From assembly GCF_002854065.1 (NCBI RefSeq), contig NZ_CP024147.1: a stretch of 64,000 nucleotides of DNA; one strand, written 5' to 3'. The first letter of the stretch is position 1; every line of letters begins with the position of its first letter. This stretch comes from Escherichia coli. Lineage in GTDB: Bacteria; Pseudomonadota; Gammaproteobacteria; Enterobacterales; Enterobacteriaceae. The notes beneath the pieces were generated by a model, which searched no databases, was not told where the DNA came from, and saw nothing but the letters and a program-made list of their open reading frames with translations. Position numbers and translations under genes: made by a program. Shown in pieces: positions 49,254 to 63,613 of this stretch.

Positions 49254-49901
49254 TCAGGGGTTCTGAAACTGCTCTACCTCGAACCATTCGCATAAGCCAT
49301 AAGCCTTGCCATAGGTCATAAATCGCTCGCTAAACAAGTACAACACCGCCGTCGATGACTCCACCTGCCGTATATCGGCATATTCAGGTGCAACATCCAT
49401 CGCGGCGATCGCGGCTTCAATCTGCGCTTCCTGGAAGTAATATGGCGCTTGCATCAGCATGGCGACTTTGTAAGGACGAGGATACGTCTGGCACTCAAAA
49501 CGAACGGCGTGTGCAATGGCGCGACAAATGTCCTGCTCCACAACTTGCAAAGACATCGCCGCGTAGTTTTCACTCATGGCCTGCGTTGAGTAATAGTAAT
49601 CATCCTGACTTCCCGTCATACAAGCGATATCCGCGTAGTCTCCGTTCTGCTTAATGCTTTCCAGCAAAACTGACAGTTCCTCTTCTGCAACTGAATAGGG
49701 TGGCGAGAGAAACACGGCGCGCGCCACCAGCTGCCCAGCCACAGAATGCTGGCGAATGAACTCTGCCAGGATTTCAGCCGGTTCTGGTTCGGTTACCGTA
49801 TCAACGGGGTGACGCATCCCCTGCAACCATTGCCGCTTCGCCTCGTCAACTTCGCTGACTTTCGCTAACGGCAATTCATCCTGATGGTTCATCTTACCCA
49901 T
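49254..49901 (-). CDS. ydhW: YdhW (unknown function; possible maturation factor for YdhV)
   Basis: 215-aa ORF. Confidence 0.85.
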   Translation of the reverse strand: MGKMNHQDELPLAKVSEVDEAKRQWLQGMRHPVDTVTEPEPAEILAEFIRQHSVAGQLVARAVFLSPPYSVAEEELSVLLESIKQNGDYADIACMTGSQDDYYYSTQAMSENYAAMSLQVVEQDICRAIAHAVRFECQTYPRPYKVAMLMQAPYYFQEAQIEAAIAAMDVAPEYADIRQVESSTAVLYLFSERFMTYGKAYGLCEWFEVEQFQNP

Positions 49902-49904
49902 TCC

Positions 49905-52091
<2,187 letters not shown>

Positions 52092-52504
52092 TCACCGCAT
52101 AACACACATTTCGAGGATTTTTTACTTTCGGTATTTACGGTGGCCATCATCCACGGGCATGCCGTAGTACAGGCGCTACAGCCAATACAACGTTTATGAT
52201 CGACGGTAATACAGCCTTCTTTCTGCTGCCAGGTAATCGCACCAATCGGGCAGACGTTCATGCATTGCGGCTCTTTGCATTGACGGCAGGTGTCCGCGGT
52301 ATAGTTGAGATCGCCATACAGGCCGCCGCCAGAGCCAACCCCGTTGTCGCCAAAGAAATAATTGCGATGGATTTTGATACGGGAGAAGAATGTCCCTACT
52401 GAGCCATCGTTGAAGTTGGTACAAGAGATTTCACAGCGGTGGCAACCCGTGCATCGCGCTCGCTGGGTCACCAGCTCCCCTTTGGGTGTATTTATCAACC
52501 CTAC

Positions 52505-52512
52505 TGTGCCGC
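52505..52512. repeat. left copy of the target-site duplication flanking IS1
   Basis: tgtgccgc immediately 5' of the IS1 left end. Confidence 0.85.
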
Positions 52513-52567
52513 GGTGATGCTGCCAACTTACTGATTTAGTGTATGATGGTGTTTTTGAGGTGCTCCA

Positions 52568-52843
52568 GTGGCTTCTGTTTCTATCAGCTGTCCCTCCTGT
52601 TCAGCTACTGACGGGGTGGTGCGTAACGGCAAAAGCACTGCCGGACATCAGCGCTATCTCTGCTCTCACTGCCGTAAAACATGGCAACTGCAGTTCACTT
52701 ACACCGCTTCTCAACCCGGTACGCACCAGAAAATCATTGATATGGCCATGAATGGCGTTGGATGCCGGGCAACCGCCCGCATTATGGGCGTTGGCCTCAA
52801 CACGATTTTCCGCCATTTAAAAAACTCAGGCCGCAGTCGGTAA
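52568..52843 (+). CDS. insA: IS1 InsA (transposition inhibitor / N-terminal part of transposase)
   Basis: 91-aa [43 protein letters not shown]... Confidence 0.95.
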   Translation: MASVSISCPSCSATDGVVRNGKSTAGHQRYLCSHCRKTWQLQFTYTASQPGTHQKIIDMAMNGVGCRATARIMGVGLNTIFRHLKNSGRSR

Positions 52844-53265
52844 CCTCGCGCATACAGCCGGGCAGTGACGTCATCGTCTGCGCGGAAATGGACGAACAGT
52901 GGGGATACGTCGGGGCTAAATCGCGCCAGCGCTGGCTGTTTTACGCGTATGACAGGCTCCGGAAGACGGTTGTTGCGCACGTATTCGGTGAACGCACTAT
53001 GGCGACGCTGGGGCGTCTTATGAGCCTGCTGTCACCCTTTGACGTGGTGATATGGATGACGGATGGCTGGCCGCTGTATGAATCCCGCCTGAAGGGAAAG
53101 CTGCACGTAATCAGCAAGCGATATACGCAGCGAATTGAGCGGCATAACCTGAATCTGAGGCAGCACCTGGCACGGCTGGGACGGAAGTCGCTGTCGTTCT
53201 CAAAATCGGTGGAGCTGCATGACAAAGTCATCGGGCATTATCTGAACATAAAACACTATCAATAA
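52762..53265 (+). CDS. insB: IS1 InsB (expressed as InsAB' transposase by -1 frameshift at A6C, 52819-52825)
   Basis: 167-aa ORF in -1 frame relative to insA; ttaaaaaac slippery run present. Confidence 0.9.
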   Translation: MPGNRPHYGRWPQHDFPPFKKLRPQSVTSRIQPGSDVIVCAEMDEQWGYVGAKSRQRWLFYAYDRLRKTVVAHVFGERTMATLGRLMSLLSPFDVVIWMTDGWPLYESRLKGKLHVISKRYTQRIERHNLNLRQHLARLGRKSLSFSKSVELHDKVIGHYLNIKHYQ

Positions 53266-53280
53266 GTTGGAGTCATTACC

Positions 53281-53288
53281 TGTGCCGC
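53281..53288. repeat. right copy of the target-site duplication flanking IS1
   Basis: tgtgccgc immediately 3' of the IS1 right end. Confidence 0.85.
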
Positions 53289-53631
53289 TATCAATATCTT
53301 CCTGTTTGCAACCCAAAAGTGACAGTAACGCAGGGGCAATTGTTAGACCAGCAAGGCCTTTTCCTGATATACGCAAGAATTCTAATCGCGTTAAGCCAAT
53401 ATCTAATAGTGGACGATCAACCGGGTTCATTTATTTCGCATCCTCTTCGCAAACACAGTGCTGACAATTCAGCAGCCTGATATTAAGCATTCAACTAATA
53501 CGCTGCTGACTCTGTCCTCAACACCAGATATTTTCCCTAACCCGATAGTGTATGAGAAAAGATTTAACGCCGATAAACTAATCCTTTATGGTTAGGAGAA
53601 AAAATAATGTGGTTATTCTGGGCTCTTAACA

Positions 53632-53645
53632 TTGATCATTATCAA
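53632..53645. promoter_or_regulatory. FNR box (TTGAT-N4-ATCAA) upstream of ydhY
   Basis: ttgatcattatcaa is a perfect FNR consensus, ~200 bp upstream of the ydhY start in an AT-rich intergenic region. Confidence 0.65.
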
Positions 53646-53885
53646 TTAAAATTACAAAGCAAGAAATTATAAGTGAACTGATATTTATTATCATTTGAAA
53701 TGAATTTAACTTAAGCGACAATTATTTGTGACGGTCATTGCAGAAAATAAAAATAATATTATCGTTATAAATTAAAACACATATCGAAATTCGTATAATT
53801 TCAGCAGTTGTTATTTAGAATGATTAACTGGACCGCAACTGAAGCAAGAATATCAGGATGAAGCTTATCGCCTCATCCTGAATGG

Positions 53886-54095
53886 TCATTTTACCAGTGC
53901 GTTAATGACGGTTTCCATCGCCTGCTTTTCCAGCTCACTGCGCTGAATGCGTTTATTGGCTAATGCTGTACGTAATACGCCTGCGATAACAATATGCTTT
54001 GGTTCCTGCCCCAGATCGCGCATTTCCAGCACAACTTTACCGACAACTCTGCACATTTCTCGGTACAGTTCATCCTCTTTTGTCCGATTTCCCAT
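53886..54095 (-). CDS. fumD: fumarase D (YdhZ)
   Basis: 69-aa ORF MGNRTKEDELYREMCRVVGKVVLEMRDLGQEPK... Confidence 0.85.
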   Translation of the reverse strand: MGNRTKEDELYREMCRVVGKVVLEMRDLGQEPKHIVIAGVLRTALANKRIQRSELEKQAMETVINALVK

Positions 54096-54409
54096 TCTTT
54101 ATACCTATTTATCATGCCAACTATCAGCATATATCAATCTAACCAATTAAACAAAAATCAAACAAAATCAGACAAATAACGCGATAAATTATTTTAACTG
54201 TAGCAATTGAGCGATGATGTATTTATACACCGGATGAACTTTCGCTTATCCTCACAGTGACAACCCCGGCACCAGACGTTGCGCAAACAGCGAAGTTTTT
54301 GCGTAACCTTTTCCCTGGAACGTTAAATCTTTGATAACAATTTATTGTCTAACAAGTTGTATATTTTTTGAAACGCTGTTTTTGTTTTCCTTTTGGATTA
54401 ATTTCAGCG

Positions 54410-54444
54410 TATAATGCGCGCCAATTGACTCTTGAATGGTTTCA
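54410..54444 (+). promoter_or_regulatory. pykF promoter -10 (tataat, 54410-54415) with Cra/FruR-like operator (tgaatggtttca, 54433-54444)
   Basis: Consensus -10 hexamer; immediately downstream palindrome resembling the Cra half-sites TGAA-N4-TTCA; pykF is a known Cra-repressed gene. Confidence 0.4.
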
Positions 54445-54651
54445 GCACTTTGGACTGTAGAACTCAACGACTCAAAAACAGGCACTCACGTTGGGCTGAG
54501 ACACAAGCACACATTCCTCTGCACGCTTTTTCGATGTCACCTATCCTTAGAGCGAGGCACCACCACTTTCGTAATACCGGATTCGCTTTCCGGCAGTGCG
54601 CCCAGAAAGCAAGTTTCTCCCATCCTTCTCAACTTAAAGACTAAGACTGTC

Positions 54652-56064
54652 ATGAAAAAGACCAAAATTGTTTGCACCATCGGACCGAAAACCGAATCTG
54701 AAGAGATGTTAGCTAAAATGCTGGACGCTGGCATGAACGTTATGCGTCTGAACTTCTCTCATGGTGACTATGCAGAACACGGTCAGCGCATTCAGAATCT
54801 GCGCAACGTGATGAGCAAAACTGGTAAAACCGCCGCTATCCTGCTTGATACCAAAGGTCCGGAAATCCGCACCATGAAACTGGAAGGCGGTAACGACGTT
54901 TCTCTGAAAGCTGGTCAGACCTTTACTTTCACCACTGATAAATCTGTTATCGGCAACAGCGAAATGGTTGCGGTAACGTATGAAGGTTTCACTACTGACC
55001 TGTCTGTTGGCAACACCGTACTGGTTGACGATGGTCTGATCGGTATGGAAGTTACTGCCATTGAAGGTAACAAAGTTATCTGTAAAGTGCTGAACAACGG
55101 CGACCTGGGTGAAAACAAAGGTGTGAACCTGCCTGGCGTTTCCATTGCCCTGCCAGCACTGGCTGAAAAAGACAAACAGGACCTGATCTTTGGTTGCGAA
55201 CAAGGCGTAGACTTTGTTGCTGCTTCCTTTATTCGTAAGCGTTCTGACGTTATCGAAATCCGTGAGCACCTGAAAGCGCACGGCGGCGAAAACATCCACA
55301 TCATCTCCAAAATCGAAAACCAGGAAGGCCTCAACAACTTCGACGAAATCCTCGAAGCCTCTGACGGCATCATGGTTGCGCGTGGCGACCTGGGTGTAGA
55401 AATCCCGGTAGAAGAAGTTATCTTCGCCCAGAAGATGATGATCGAAAAATGTATCCGTGCACGTAAAGTCGTTATCACTGCGACCCAGATGCTGGATTCC
55501 ATGATCAAAAACCCACGCCCGACTCGCGCAGAAGCCGGTGACGTTGCAAACGCCATCCTCGACGGTACTGACGCAGTGATGCTGTCTGGTGAATCCGCAA
55601 AAGGTAAATACCCGCTGGAAGCGGTTTCTATCATGGCGACCATCTGCGAACGTACCGACCGCGTGATGAACAGCCGTCTCGAGTTCAACAATGACAACCG
55701 TAAACTACGCATTACCGAAGCGGTATGCCGTGGTGCCGTTGAAACTGCTGAAAAACTGGATGCTCCGCTGATCGTGGTTGCTACCCAGGGCGGTAAATCT
55801 GCTCGCGCAGTACGTAAATACTTCCCGGATGCCACCATCCTGGCACTGACCACTAACGAAAAAACGGCTCATCAGTTGGTACTGAGCAAAGGCGTTGTGC
55901 CGCAGCTGGTTAAAGAGATCACTTCTACTGATGATTTCTACCGTCTGGGTAAAGAACTGGCTCTGCAGAGCGGTCTGGCACACAAAGGTGACGTTGTAGT
56001 TATGGTTTCTGGTGCACTGGTACCGAGCGGCACTACTAACACCGCATCTGTTCACGTCCTGTAA
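54652..56064 (+). CDS. pykF: pyruvate kinase I (FBP-activated)
   Basis: ORF track 54436..56064; start trimmed to [23 protein letters not shown] (470 aa); recognised. Confidence 0.95.
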
Positions 56065-56094
56065 TATTGCTTTTGTGAATTAATTTGTATATCG

Positions 56095-56120
56095 AAGCGC
56101 CCTGATGGGCGCTTTTTTTA
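56095..56120 (+). terminator. rho-independent terminator after pykF
   Basis: aagcgccc-tgat-gggcgctt hairpin followed by T7. Confidence 0.85.
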
Positions 56121-56362
56121 TTTAATCGATAACCAGAAGCAATAAAAAATCAAATCGGATTTCACTATATAATCTCACTTTATCTAAGATGAATCCGATG
56201 GAAGCATCCTGTTTTCTCTCAATTTTTTTATCTAAAACCCAGCGTTCGATGCTTCTTTGAGCGAACGATCAAAAATAAGTGCCTTCCCATCAAAAAAATA
56301 TTCTCAACATAAAAAACTTTGTGTAATACTTGTAACGCTACATGGAGATTAACTCAATCTAG

Positions 56363-56611
<249 letters not shown>

Positions 56612-56625
56612 TAGTACCTGTGAAG

Positions 56626-56657
56626 TGAAAAATGGCGCACATTGTGCGCCATTTTTT
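56626..56657 (+). terminator. lpp rho-independent terminator
   Basis: aaaaatggcgcac-attg-tgcgccattttttt. Confidence 0.9.
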
Positions 56658-56673
56658 TGTCTGCTATTTACCA

Positions 56674-57678
56674 CTACTGCGTCGCGCGTAACATATTCCC
56701 TTGCTCTGGTTCGCCATTCTGCGCTGACTCTACTGAAGGCGCATTGCTGGCTGTGGGAGTTGCTCCACTGCTCACCGCAACCGGATACCCTGCCCGACGA
56801 TACAACGCTTTATCGACTAACTTCTGATCTACAGCCTTATTGTCTTTAAATTGCGTAAAGCCTGCTGGCAGTGTGTATGGCATTGTCTGAACGTTCTGCT
56901 GTTCTTCTGCCGATAGTGGTCGATGTACTTCAACATAACGCATCCCGTTAGGCTCCACGGAATATTTCACCGGTTCGTTGATCACTTTCACCGGCGTTCC
57001 CGTCCGCACGCTGGAGAACAAGGCTTTAATATCCGGTGCATTCATGCGAATACACCCTGAACTAACGCGCAAACCGACGCTGTCCGGCGCACTGGTGCCA
57101 TGAATGAGGTATTCGCCATTACCATGCGCGAGGCGCAGTGCGTAACGTCCTAGTGGATTATTTGGCCCGGCAGGGACGACTGGCGGTAATTTAATGCCAC
57201 GCTCCAGCGAACGCTGACGAATGCCTGCCGTAGGCGTCCAGGTTGGGTTAGGGATTTTCTGCCCAACACGCGTTTCCATCACCGGCGTTTCCAGCCCCTG
57301 CAAACCAATACCAATCGGATAAACCTGCACGATATTTTCTCCCGGCGGATAATAATAAAGGCGCAGCTCTGCAAGGTTAACGATAATCCCCTGACGCGGC
57401 GCATCAGGTAATAACAGTTGCGAAGGAATAGTTATCGTCGTACCGGGTTTTGGCACCGGGGCGATAGTGTTATTGGCTTCAAGGATCAACATTGCCGCAG
57501 TATCAAAACGTCGGGCGATGGCCTGAAGGTTTTTATCCCCTTCCTGCACCGTATACGTTTGATTTTGCCCAACCAGTCGGCTTCCGGTTGGTGGTAGCGG
57601 ATAATCAACTGCCCAGGCAGCCTGGATGGCGCTAAAAGCGCCGATAAGCGTGAGTGTAAGCAAAGACGCGCGTTTCAT
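56674..57678 (-). CDS. ldtE: L,D-transpeptidase (YkuD domain, LysM) LdtE
   Basis: 334-aa ORF with signal peptide; catalytic SSGCIRM motif; recognised as ynhG. Confidence 0.92.
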   Translation of the reverse strand: MKRASLLTLTLIGAFSAIQAAWAVDYPLPPTGSRLVGQNQTYTVQEGDKNLQAIARRFDTAAMLILEANNTIAPVPKPGTTITIPSQLLLPDAPRQGIIVNLAELRLYYYPPGENIVQVYPIGIGLQGLETPVMETRVGQKIPNPTWTPTAGIRQRSLERGIKLPPVVPAGPNNPLGRYALRLAHGNGEYLIHGTSAPDSVGLRVSSGCIRMNAPDIKALFSSVRTGTPVKVINEPVKYSVEPNGMRYVEVHRPLSAEEQQNVQTMPYTLPAGFTQFKDNKAVDQKLVDKALYRRAGYPVAVSSGATPTASNAPSVESAQNGEPEQGNMLRATQ

Positions 57679-57826
57679 TGTAAACCTCCTGTATTTGCCG
57701 GAGACTCACGCTGAAACGTCGGATGGCGCTTATGTTCACCTGAAACCGAAACACTCCTGTGCAGGTCAGTGTAAACATTGACCATCCGGCAATGTGAGCC
57801 AACCGGATGAAAGCTGTCCCTTTAGT

Positions 57827-58243
57827 TTAGCTAAGTGCAGCGGCTTTGGCGCGAATTGCGCGAATCATCGCTTCCAGACCTTGTGAACGAGATGGGGTGA
57901 GATGTTGGGTGAGCGCCATTTTTTCAAACCACGGACGCACATCGAAATTGACAATATCCTGCGGCATCATCTGATCGTAGAGAATAAAGACGACCGCAAT
58001 AAGCCCTTTCACAATCGCCGCATCGCTGTCGCCCTGCAATTCAATAATTCCCTGCGCATTCTGGCGCATGACAATCCACACCTGACTCTGGCAGCCCTGA
58101 ATGCTATTTTGTGGGCTTCTGTCTTCGTCGCGTAATTCTGGCAGACGCTGGCCCAGCTCAATAATGTAGAGATATTTCTCTTCCCAGTTGGCGCAGCGTA
58201 AAAAATTACGCAGCAATTTTTCTTTATCCGGCAATACAGCCAT
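57827..58243 (-). CDS. sufE: cysteine desulfuration sulfur acceptor SufE
   Basis: 138-aa ORF; recognised. Confidence 0.95.
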   Translation of the reverse strand: MAVLPDKEKLLRNFLRCANWEEKYLYIIELGQRLPELRDEDRSPQNSIQGCQSQVWIVMRQNAQGIIELQGDSDAAIVKGLIAVVFILYDQMMPQDIVNFDVRPWFEKMALTQHLTPSRSQGLEAMIRAIRAKAAALS

Positions 58244-58255
58244 AGTGCCTCCCTG

Positions 58256-59476
58256 TTATCCCAGCAGACGGTGAATACGTTGTAATCCGGTCACCAGACG
58301 ATCCACTTCTTCATGGGTGTTATACATGGCCAGCGACGCCCGACACATCGCAGGGACGTTGTAATAGGCCATTAATGGCATAGCGCAGTGATGTCCGGTA
58401 CGCACAGCAATGCCGTAATTATCGAGAAAACTGCCAACATCATAGGCGTGGTGTTTACCGAGATTAAAAGCAATAACGCCAAGCCTGTTTTGTGGGCCAT
58501 AGAGAGTGAGATCCGGTACAGATTCCAGCTGTGATAGCGCGTAATGCATCAGATTCTGTTCATACTCGGCTATGTTATTAAGCCCCAGCGCCGAAACATA
58601 CTCCAGCGCCGCGCCAAGACCAATGATGCCCCCGGTATTGGGTGTACCGGCTTCAAACCGCCATGGTGCTTTGGTCCAGGTAGTGCCTTCACTCAGGCTG
58701 ACGGTGGCGATCATAGAACCGCCCCCTTCCCACGGCGGCATCTCCTGCAACAAGGCTTCTTTCACATAAAGAATGCCAATTCCGGTGGGGCCATACAGTT
58801 TATGCCCGGAGAACACGTAAAAGTCGCAATCCAGCGCCTGAACATCCACCGGATGATGCATCACCGCCTGAGCGCCATCCACCAGCACTTTTGCGCCATG
58901 CTGGTGCGCAAGCGTGATCATTTCCGCCAGTGGATTTTCTGTGCCAAGCACGTTGGAGACATGAGTAATTGCCAGCAGGCGAGTTTTCTCATCAAACAGC
59001 GTAGGCAGCGTCTCCAGTTGCAACGTACCGTCGGGATTGAGCGGGATCACACGCAGCTCTGCGCCAACGCGTGCGCAAAGCATCTGCCAGGGAACAATGT
59101 TAGCGTGGTGCTCCATCTGACTTATGATGATGTTATCGCCCGCCCGCACGTTGCTGTTGCCCCAGCTATTGGCGACCAGATTGATCCCTTCCGTCGTGCC
59201 GCGGACGAACACCAGCTCTTCTGCCGAACGGGCATTAATCAACAGCGATGCCCGCTTGCGCACGTTCTCCATTTTCTCGGTCGCCTGGGCGCTTAAGGTA
59301 TGAATACCACGATGCACCGCCGCGTAGCCATGACGATAAAACTCGGCCTCGGCGTCAATCACCTGGCTCGGTTTCTGCGCACTGGCGGCGCTGTCGAGAT
59401 AAGCCAGCGGCAAACCGTTTACCTCACGCGAAAGCACCGGAAAGTCGGCCCGCACTTTGTCGACGGAAAAAGTCAT
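58256..59476 (-). CDS. sufS: cysteine desulfurase SufS (PLP-dependent)
   Basis: 406-aa ORF; recognised. Confidence 0.95.
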   Translation of the reverse strand: MTFSVDKVRADFPVLSREVNGLPLAYLDSAASAQKPSQVIDAEAEFYRHGYAAVHRGIHTLSAQATEKMENVRKRASLLINARSAEELVFVRGTTEGINLVANSWGNSNVRAGDNIIISQMEHHANIVPWQMLCARVGAELRVIPLNPDGTLQLETLPTLFDEKTRLLAITHVSNVLGTENPLAEMITLAHQHGAKVLVDGAQAVMHHPVDVQALDCDFYVFSGHKLYGPTGIGILYVKEALLQEMPPWEGGGSMIATVSLSEGTTWTKAPWRFEAGTPNTGGIIGLGAALEYVSALGLNNIAEYEQNLMHYALSQLESVPDLTLYGPQNRLGVIAFNLGKHHAYDVGSFLDNYGIAVRTGHHCAMPLMAYYNVPAMCRASLAMYNTHEEVDRLVTGLQRIHRLLG

Positions 59477-60744
59477 CTTGCACCTCCTGGCAGCCGTTGA
59501 CCGATTCGGGCCAGCACCTGCTGTTTAAGCCCCTCATCACGCAGTGCTTCCGTCAGTTCGGCAGCAAAGGCGTAAATGATCATCTGCTGGGCATCCTGCT
59601 GATTGATCCCGCGCGAGCGCAGATAGAACATCTGTTCATCATCAATACGCCCCACCGTCGCGCCGTGGCTGCATTTCACATCATCTGCATAGATTTCCAG
59701 CTGCGGTTTCGTATCCACTTCCGCCAGTTTGCCCATCAGCAGATTATTGTTGGTCATCTGACCATCCGTTTTGATGGCGTGCTGCGCGACGTTGATCAAA
59801 CCGTTAAATACCGCGCGGCCTTTGTCGCTGACGATAGTTTTGTGCAACTGTCGGCTGTTACAAAAACCTTTATTGTGTTCCAGCCAGGTACGGGTATCAC
59901 ACACCTCGTTTTTCACCGGCATCGCCAGGCTATTGATCCGCAACATGCTGTTTTCGCCATTGAGTTGCGTACTGGTGTTGTGTCGTAACACTGCGCCACC
60001 CAGCAGGAAACTGTGGCTAAATGCGGTGGCATCGTCAGCCAGCAACAAATCGTTATGGGCAAAGTGGTGACTGAGCGGGTTTTCAAACGCCAGCTTGATA
60101 TGCTGCAAGTGGGCATTCGCTGCGACGTTGATAGTGAACCGTGCCCCGGTAAAATGACGAGCATCATTAAGGCTGACAAAATGTTCGATCACCGTTGCTT
60201 CGGCACCTTCCGCCAGATCCAGATGATGTCGGTAATGGGCAGTGTTCACCTCTTCACCTGCCACGCCCTGGGTGATATGCATTAACAGCAATGGCTTTGC
60301 CGGCCGTTGACCGCGCTTCACGGCGATATGCGTCACGCTTTGTGCCAGGCTTTCCGTCAAATGCAGAAACACTTCCGCCTGAATAGCGTCGGGTAACCCC
60401 TGACGGTCGTCGTTAATGCTCACTTCATATCCGCTGCCTTCAGTTGCATCGCTCAGCGCAGGCACGTAACGTCCATCGACAAACACCAGCCGCACGGCGT
60501 CTAACGTTAACGCTAAGGCATCACGCTGCTGTGGGGATATCTCCCCCGCAATGCTGACAAACTGGCTATTGGTCAGCCCTTCCAGCGGCGTATATTTCCA
60601 GTTTTCATGTTTACGTGTCGGCAGTCCGGTACGCAGCAATTGTTGTAAATGCTGTTGTGCTTGCGGGGAACGTTTCACCCCTTCAGCTTCAAACAAATGA
60701 TGCCACTGTTGCAGTGCGTTACTGCTGTTCGGTAAGCCAGCCAT
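59473..60744 (-). CDS. sufD: Fe-S cluster assembly scaffold protein SufD
   Basis: 423-aa ORF; recognised; overlaps sufS start and sufC end. Confidence 0.95.
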   Translation of the reverse strand: MAGLPNSSNALQQWHHLFEAEGVKRSPQAQQHLQQLLRTGLPTRKHENWKYTPLEGLTNSQFVSIAGEISPQQRDALALTLDAVRLVFVDGRYVPALSDATEGSGYEVSINDDRQGLPDAIQAEVFLHLTESLAQSVTHIAVKRGQRPAKPLLLMHITQGVAGEEVNTAHYRHHLDLAEGAEATVIEHFVSLNDARHFTGARFTINVAANAHLQHIKLAFENPLSHHFAHNDLLLADDATAFSHSFLLGGAVLRHNTSTQLNGENSMLRINSLAMPVKNEVCDTRTWLEHNKGFCNSRQLHKTIVSDKGRAVFNGLINVAQHAIKTDGQMTNNNLLMGKLAEVDTKPQLEIYADDVKCSHGATVGRIDDEQMFYLRSRGINQQDAQQMIIYAFAAELTEALRDEGLKQQVLARIGQRLPGGAR

Positions 60745-61465
60745 AACCCTGCTCCTCCAGTTGTTTGACCAACGTGAAATCGCCGGATTTCACAATTCGT
60801 CCCTGATATAGCACATGGACGTAATCAGGCTTGATGTAGTCGAGAATGCGTTGGTAGTGCGTAACAATGATGAATGAGCGCTTGCCGTCACGCAGCGAGT
60901 TCACGCCATCGGCAACCACTTTTAATGCGTCAATATCCAGCCCGGAGTCCGATTCATCAAGAATGCATAACCCCGGTTCCAGCACCGCCATTTGCAGAAT
61001 ATCGTTGCGCTTTTTCTCGCCGCCGGAAAAGCCAACGTTTACCGAACGGGTTAATAAATCTTCCGGCATCTTCAGGAGAGCGATTTTCTCTTCCATCAAA
61101 TCCTGAAAATCAAAGCGGTCGAGCGTTTCCTGGCCGCGATAGCTGCGCACCGCATTAAGTGCCGTTTGCAGGAAAAACTGGTTACTGACACCTGGAATCT
61201 CCACCGGATACTGGAAGGCCATAAAGATGCCTTCGCCTGCACGATCTTCCGGCGACAGTGCAAGCAAATCTTTGCCTTTGAACTCAACCGTGCCGCCCGT
61301 CACTTCATAATCTTCTCGCCCGGCAAGCGTTGCCGATAAGGTACTTTTGCCCGAACCGTTTGGCCCCATAATGGCGTGAACTTCGCCGGGACGAACGTCG
61401 AGGCTTAATCCACGCAGGATAGTTTTATCTTCCACGCTGACGTGTAAATCTTTAATACTTAACAT
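60719..61465 (-). CDS. sufC: Fe-S cluster assembly ATPase SufC (ABC-type)
   Basis: 248-aa ORF; Walker A GPNGSGKST; recognised. Confidence 0.97.
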   Translation of the reverse strand: MLSIKDLHVSVEDKTILRGLSLDVRPGEVHAIMGPNGSGKSTLSATLAGREDYEVTGGTVEFKGKDLLALSPEDRAGEGIFMAFQYPVEIPGVSNQFFLQTALNAVRSYRGQETLDRFDFQDLMEEKIALLKMPEDLLTRSVNVGFSGGEKKRNDILQMAVLEPGLCILDESDSGLDIDALKVVADGVNSLRDGKRSFIIVTHYQRILDYIKPDYVHVLYQGRIVKSGDFTLVKQLEEQGYGWLTEQQ

Positions 61466-61474
61466 GTTTATTCC

Positions 61475-62962
61475 TTATCCGACGCTGTGTTCAAGACTGA
61501 TGGCGAGGAGTTTTTGTGCTTCAACGGCAAATTCCAGCGGCAGTTCTGAGAACACGTCTTTGCAGAAACCGTTAACAATCATCGAGATGGCGTCTTCTTC
61601 GCTGATCCCGCGTTGCAGGCAGTAAAACAGTTGATCTTCACCAATACGTGATGTCGTTGCCTCGTGCTCCAGTTGTGCGCTGTTATTGCGACATTCGACA
61701 TACGGGAAGGTATGCGCCCCACAATTAGCGCCAATCAGCATTGAGTCGCACTGAGTGAAATTGCGCGCATTGGTTGCCGTCGGCATGATTTTCACTAAGC
61801 CGCGATAACTGTTCTGACTATGTCCGGCAGAGATCCCTTTCGAGATAATGGTCGATTTGGTGTTTTTACCGATGTGGATCATCTTGGTGCCGGTATCAGC
61901 TTGCTGATGACCGCTGGTCAGCGCCACTGAGTAAAACTCACCAATGGAGTTATCGCCGCGCAAAATGCAGCTGGGATATTTCCACGTAATCGCTGACCCG
62001 GTTTCTGATTGCGTCCATGACATTTTGCTGTTTTTGCCTTCGCACAAAGCACGCTTGGTGACGAAGTTGAGAATACCGCCGGTGTTGTTATCGCCAGGGA
62101 ACCAGTTTTGTACCGTGGAATATTTCACCTCGGCGTTTTTATGGATGATGACTTCCACCACTGCCGCGTGCAACTGATAGCTGTCACGCACCGGAGCGGA
62201 ACAGCCTTCAATGTAGCTGACGTAGCTGTCTTCGTCGGCCACCAGAATGGTGCGCTCAAACTGCCCGGTTTTTTCCGCGTTAATGCGAAAATAGGTGGAA
62301 AGTTCCATCGGGCAGCGCACGCCTTTAGGCACATAAATAAACGTACCGTCAGAGGCTACCGCCGCATTAAGCGCGGCAAAGAAGTTGTCATTCCCCGGCA
62401 CCACGGTGCCGAGATATTTACGCACCAGTTCCGGGTGATCGTGGATCGCCTCACCAAAGGAACAGAAAATAATTCCCTGCTCCGCCAGTTTTTCGCGATA
62501 AGTAGTGGCAACCGAAACTGAGTCGAAAATGGCATCCACCGCCACCTCTTTGCCTTCCCGCACGGGAACGCCCAACTGCTCAAACGCCGCCTCCACCTCT
62601 TTACTTAAAAAGGCGTTCGCGCCAGTTTGCTGCACCGCGCCAGGTTCAGACGCGCAAGTGTCGTCACAATTACCGCACGATGGTGCTGAGTAGTAGCTGT
62701 AATCCTGATAATTCAGCTTGTCGTAGTGCGCTTTCAACCAGTGCGGTTCTTCCATCTCCAGCCATGCGCGATAGGCGTTTAGACGAAACTCCAGCATCCA
62801 CTCCGGCTCATTACGCTTCGCCGAAATTGCGCGCACCACCTCTTCGTTTATCCCCTTTGCCAGCTCATCGGTGGCTAACTGGGTGAAGAATCCTTCTTTA
62901 TAATTCAGCGGGCCGCCGGTCCAGGTTTTGACATCATCAGTTGCTTCAGTATTACGAGACAT
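61475..62962 (-). CDS. sufB: Fe-S cluster assembly scaffold protein SufB
   Basis: ORF track 61475..63001; start trimmed to [14 protein letters not shown] (495 aa); recognised. Confidence 0.95.
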   Translation of the reverse strand: MSRNTEATDDVKTWTGGPLNYKEGFFTQLATDELAKGINEEVVRAISAKRNEPEWMLEFRLNAYRAWLEMEEPHWLKAHYDKLNYQDYSYYSAPSCGNCDDTCASEPGAVQQTGANAFLSKEVEAAFEQLGVPVREGKEVAVDAIFDSVSVATTYREKLAEQGIIFCSFGEAIHDHPELVRKYLGTVVPGNDNFFAALNAAVASDGTFIYVPKGVRCPMELSTYFRINAEKTGQFERTILVADEDSYVSYIEGCSAPVRDSYQLHAAVVEVIIHKNAEVKYSTVQNWFPGDNNTGGILNFVTKRALCEGKNSKMSWTQSETGSAITWKYPSCILRGDNSIGEFYSVALTSGHQQADTGTKMIHIGKNTKSTIISKGISAGHSQNSYRGLVKIMPTATNARNFTQCDSMLIGANCGAHTFPYVECRNNSAQLEHEATTSRIGEDQLFYCLQRGISEEDAISMIVNGFCKDVFSELPLEFAVEAQKLLAISLEHSVG

Positions 62963-62970
62963 AGTACCGC

Positions 62971-63339
62971 CTATACCCCAAAGCTTTCGCCACAGCCACA
63001 TTCATTCTGGGCTTTAGGGTTGTGAAATTTGAATATCTGATTAAGTCCTTCACGAACGAAATCGACTTCCGTGCCATCAATAAACGGCATCGCTTGCAGC
63101 GGGACAAACAGCTTCGCGCCGTCGTGTTCAAACAGCAGATCGTCTTTGTCCGGCTCGCTAACACTGTCGAGCACATAGCCAAAGCCCGCGCAGCCCGTTT
63201 GCTTCACACCTAAGCGCACGCCGACCATACCTGGCTGCTTTGCCACCAGCTCGCGGATGTGGACAGCGGCTGCGGGTGTCAGCGTTAAGCCTTGCCAGGC
63301 GAAATCCTGTGGATTAAAGGTTCCTGAATGCATGTCCAT
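62971..63339 (-). CDS. sufA: Fe-S cluster A-type carrier SufA
   Basis: 122-aa ORF; C-terminal CGCGESF motif; recognised. Confidence 0.95.
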   Translation of the reverse strand: MDMHSGTFNPQDFAWQGLTLTPAAAVHIRELVAKQPGMVGVRLGVKQTGCAGFGYVLDSVSEPDKDDLLFEHDGAKLFVPLQAMPFIDGTEVDFVREGLNQIFKFHNPKAQNECGCGESFGV

Positions 63340-63384
63340 CGATTTACCTCACTTCATCGCTTTCAGCGTATAACAGCATGTTAG

Positions 63385-63399
63385 TGATAATGATTATCA
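63385..63399. promoter_or_regulatory. Fur-box-like palindrome in the suf operon promoter region
   Basis: tgataatgattatca approximates the Fur consensus GATAATGATAATCATTATC; ~50 bp upstream of sufA start. Confidence 0.55.
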
Positions 63400-63613
63400 G
63401 TTCAACCCAGCAAACGCAGGGGCTTTACCGTAAAACATGCTTTTTGCCTGCTTTTAATAAGCATAGACCCTGATGTGTGGGTTAACAGGCACGCTAAGAA
63501 TTAGGTATCTCATTGTTAGATAATGATTATTATCTAAGGAGCATTAAGGCTGTGATGAAAAAGAAAAAGTTGTATTGAAAATGACTATTTAAGAGATAGG
63601 TAAAAAAGTGCAG

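Larger units (their letters stand above)
52513..53280 (+). mobile_element. IS1 insertion sequence (768 bp, complete, terminal inverted repeats intact)
   Basis: Begins ggtgatgctgccaacttactgat and ends atcaataagttggagtcattacc; encodes insA and insB with the A6C frameshift motif. Confidence 0.95.

Noticed and set aside
54436-54651. Upstream extension of pykF (track ORF starts at 54436, 542 aa)
   Set aside because: The extension overlaps the promoter -10 and the Cra-like operator; the recognised PykF N-terminus [13 protein letters not shown] begins at 54652.
54709-55853. Large minus-strand ORFs antisense to pykF (54709..55299 and 54915..55853)
   Set aside because: Fully embedded antisense in a highly expressed, codon-biased gene; low-complexity products; no independent start or RBS signals.
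58544-59988. Plus-strand ORFs antisense to sufS and sufD (58544..59296, 59248..59988)
   Set aside because: Antisense to recognised suf genes; Arg/His-rich composition typical of GC-rich antisense frames.
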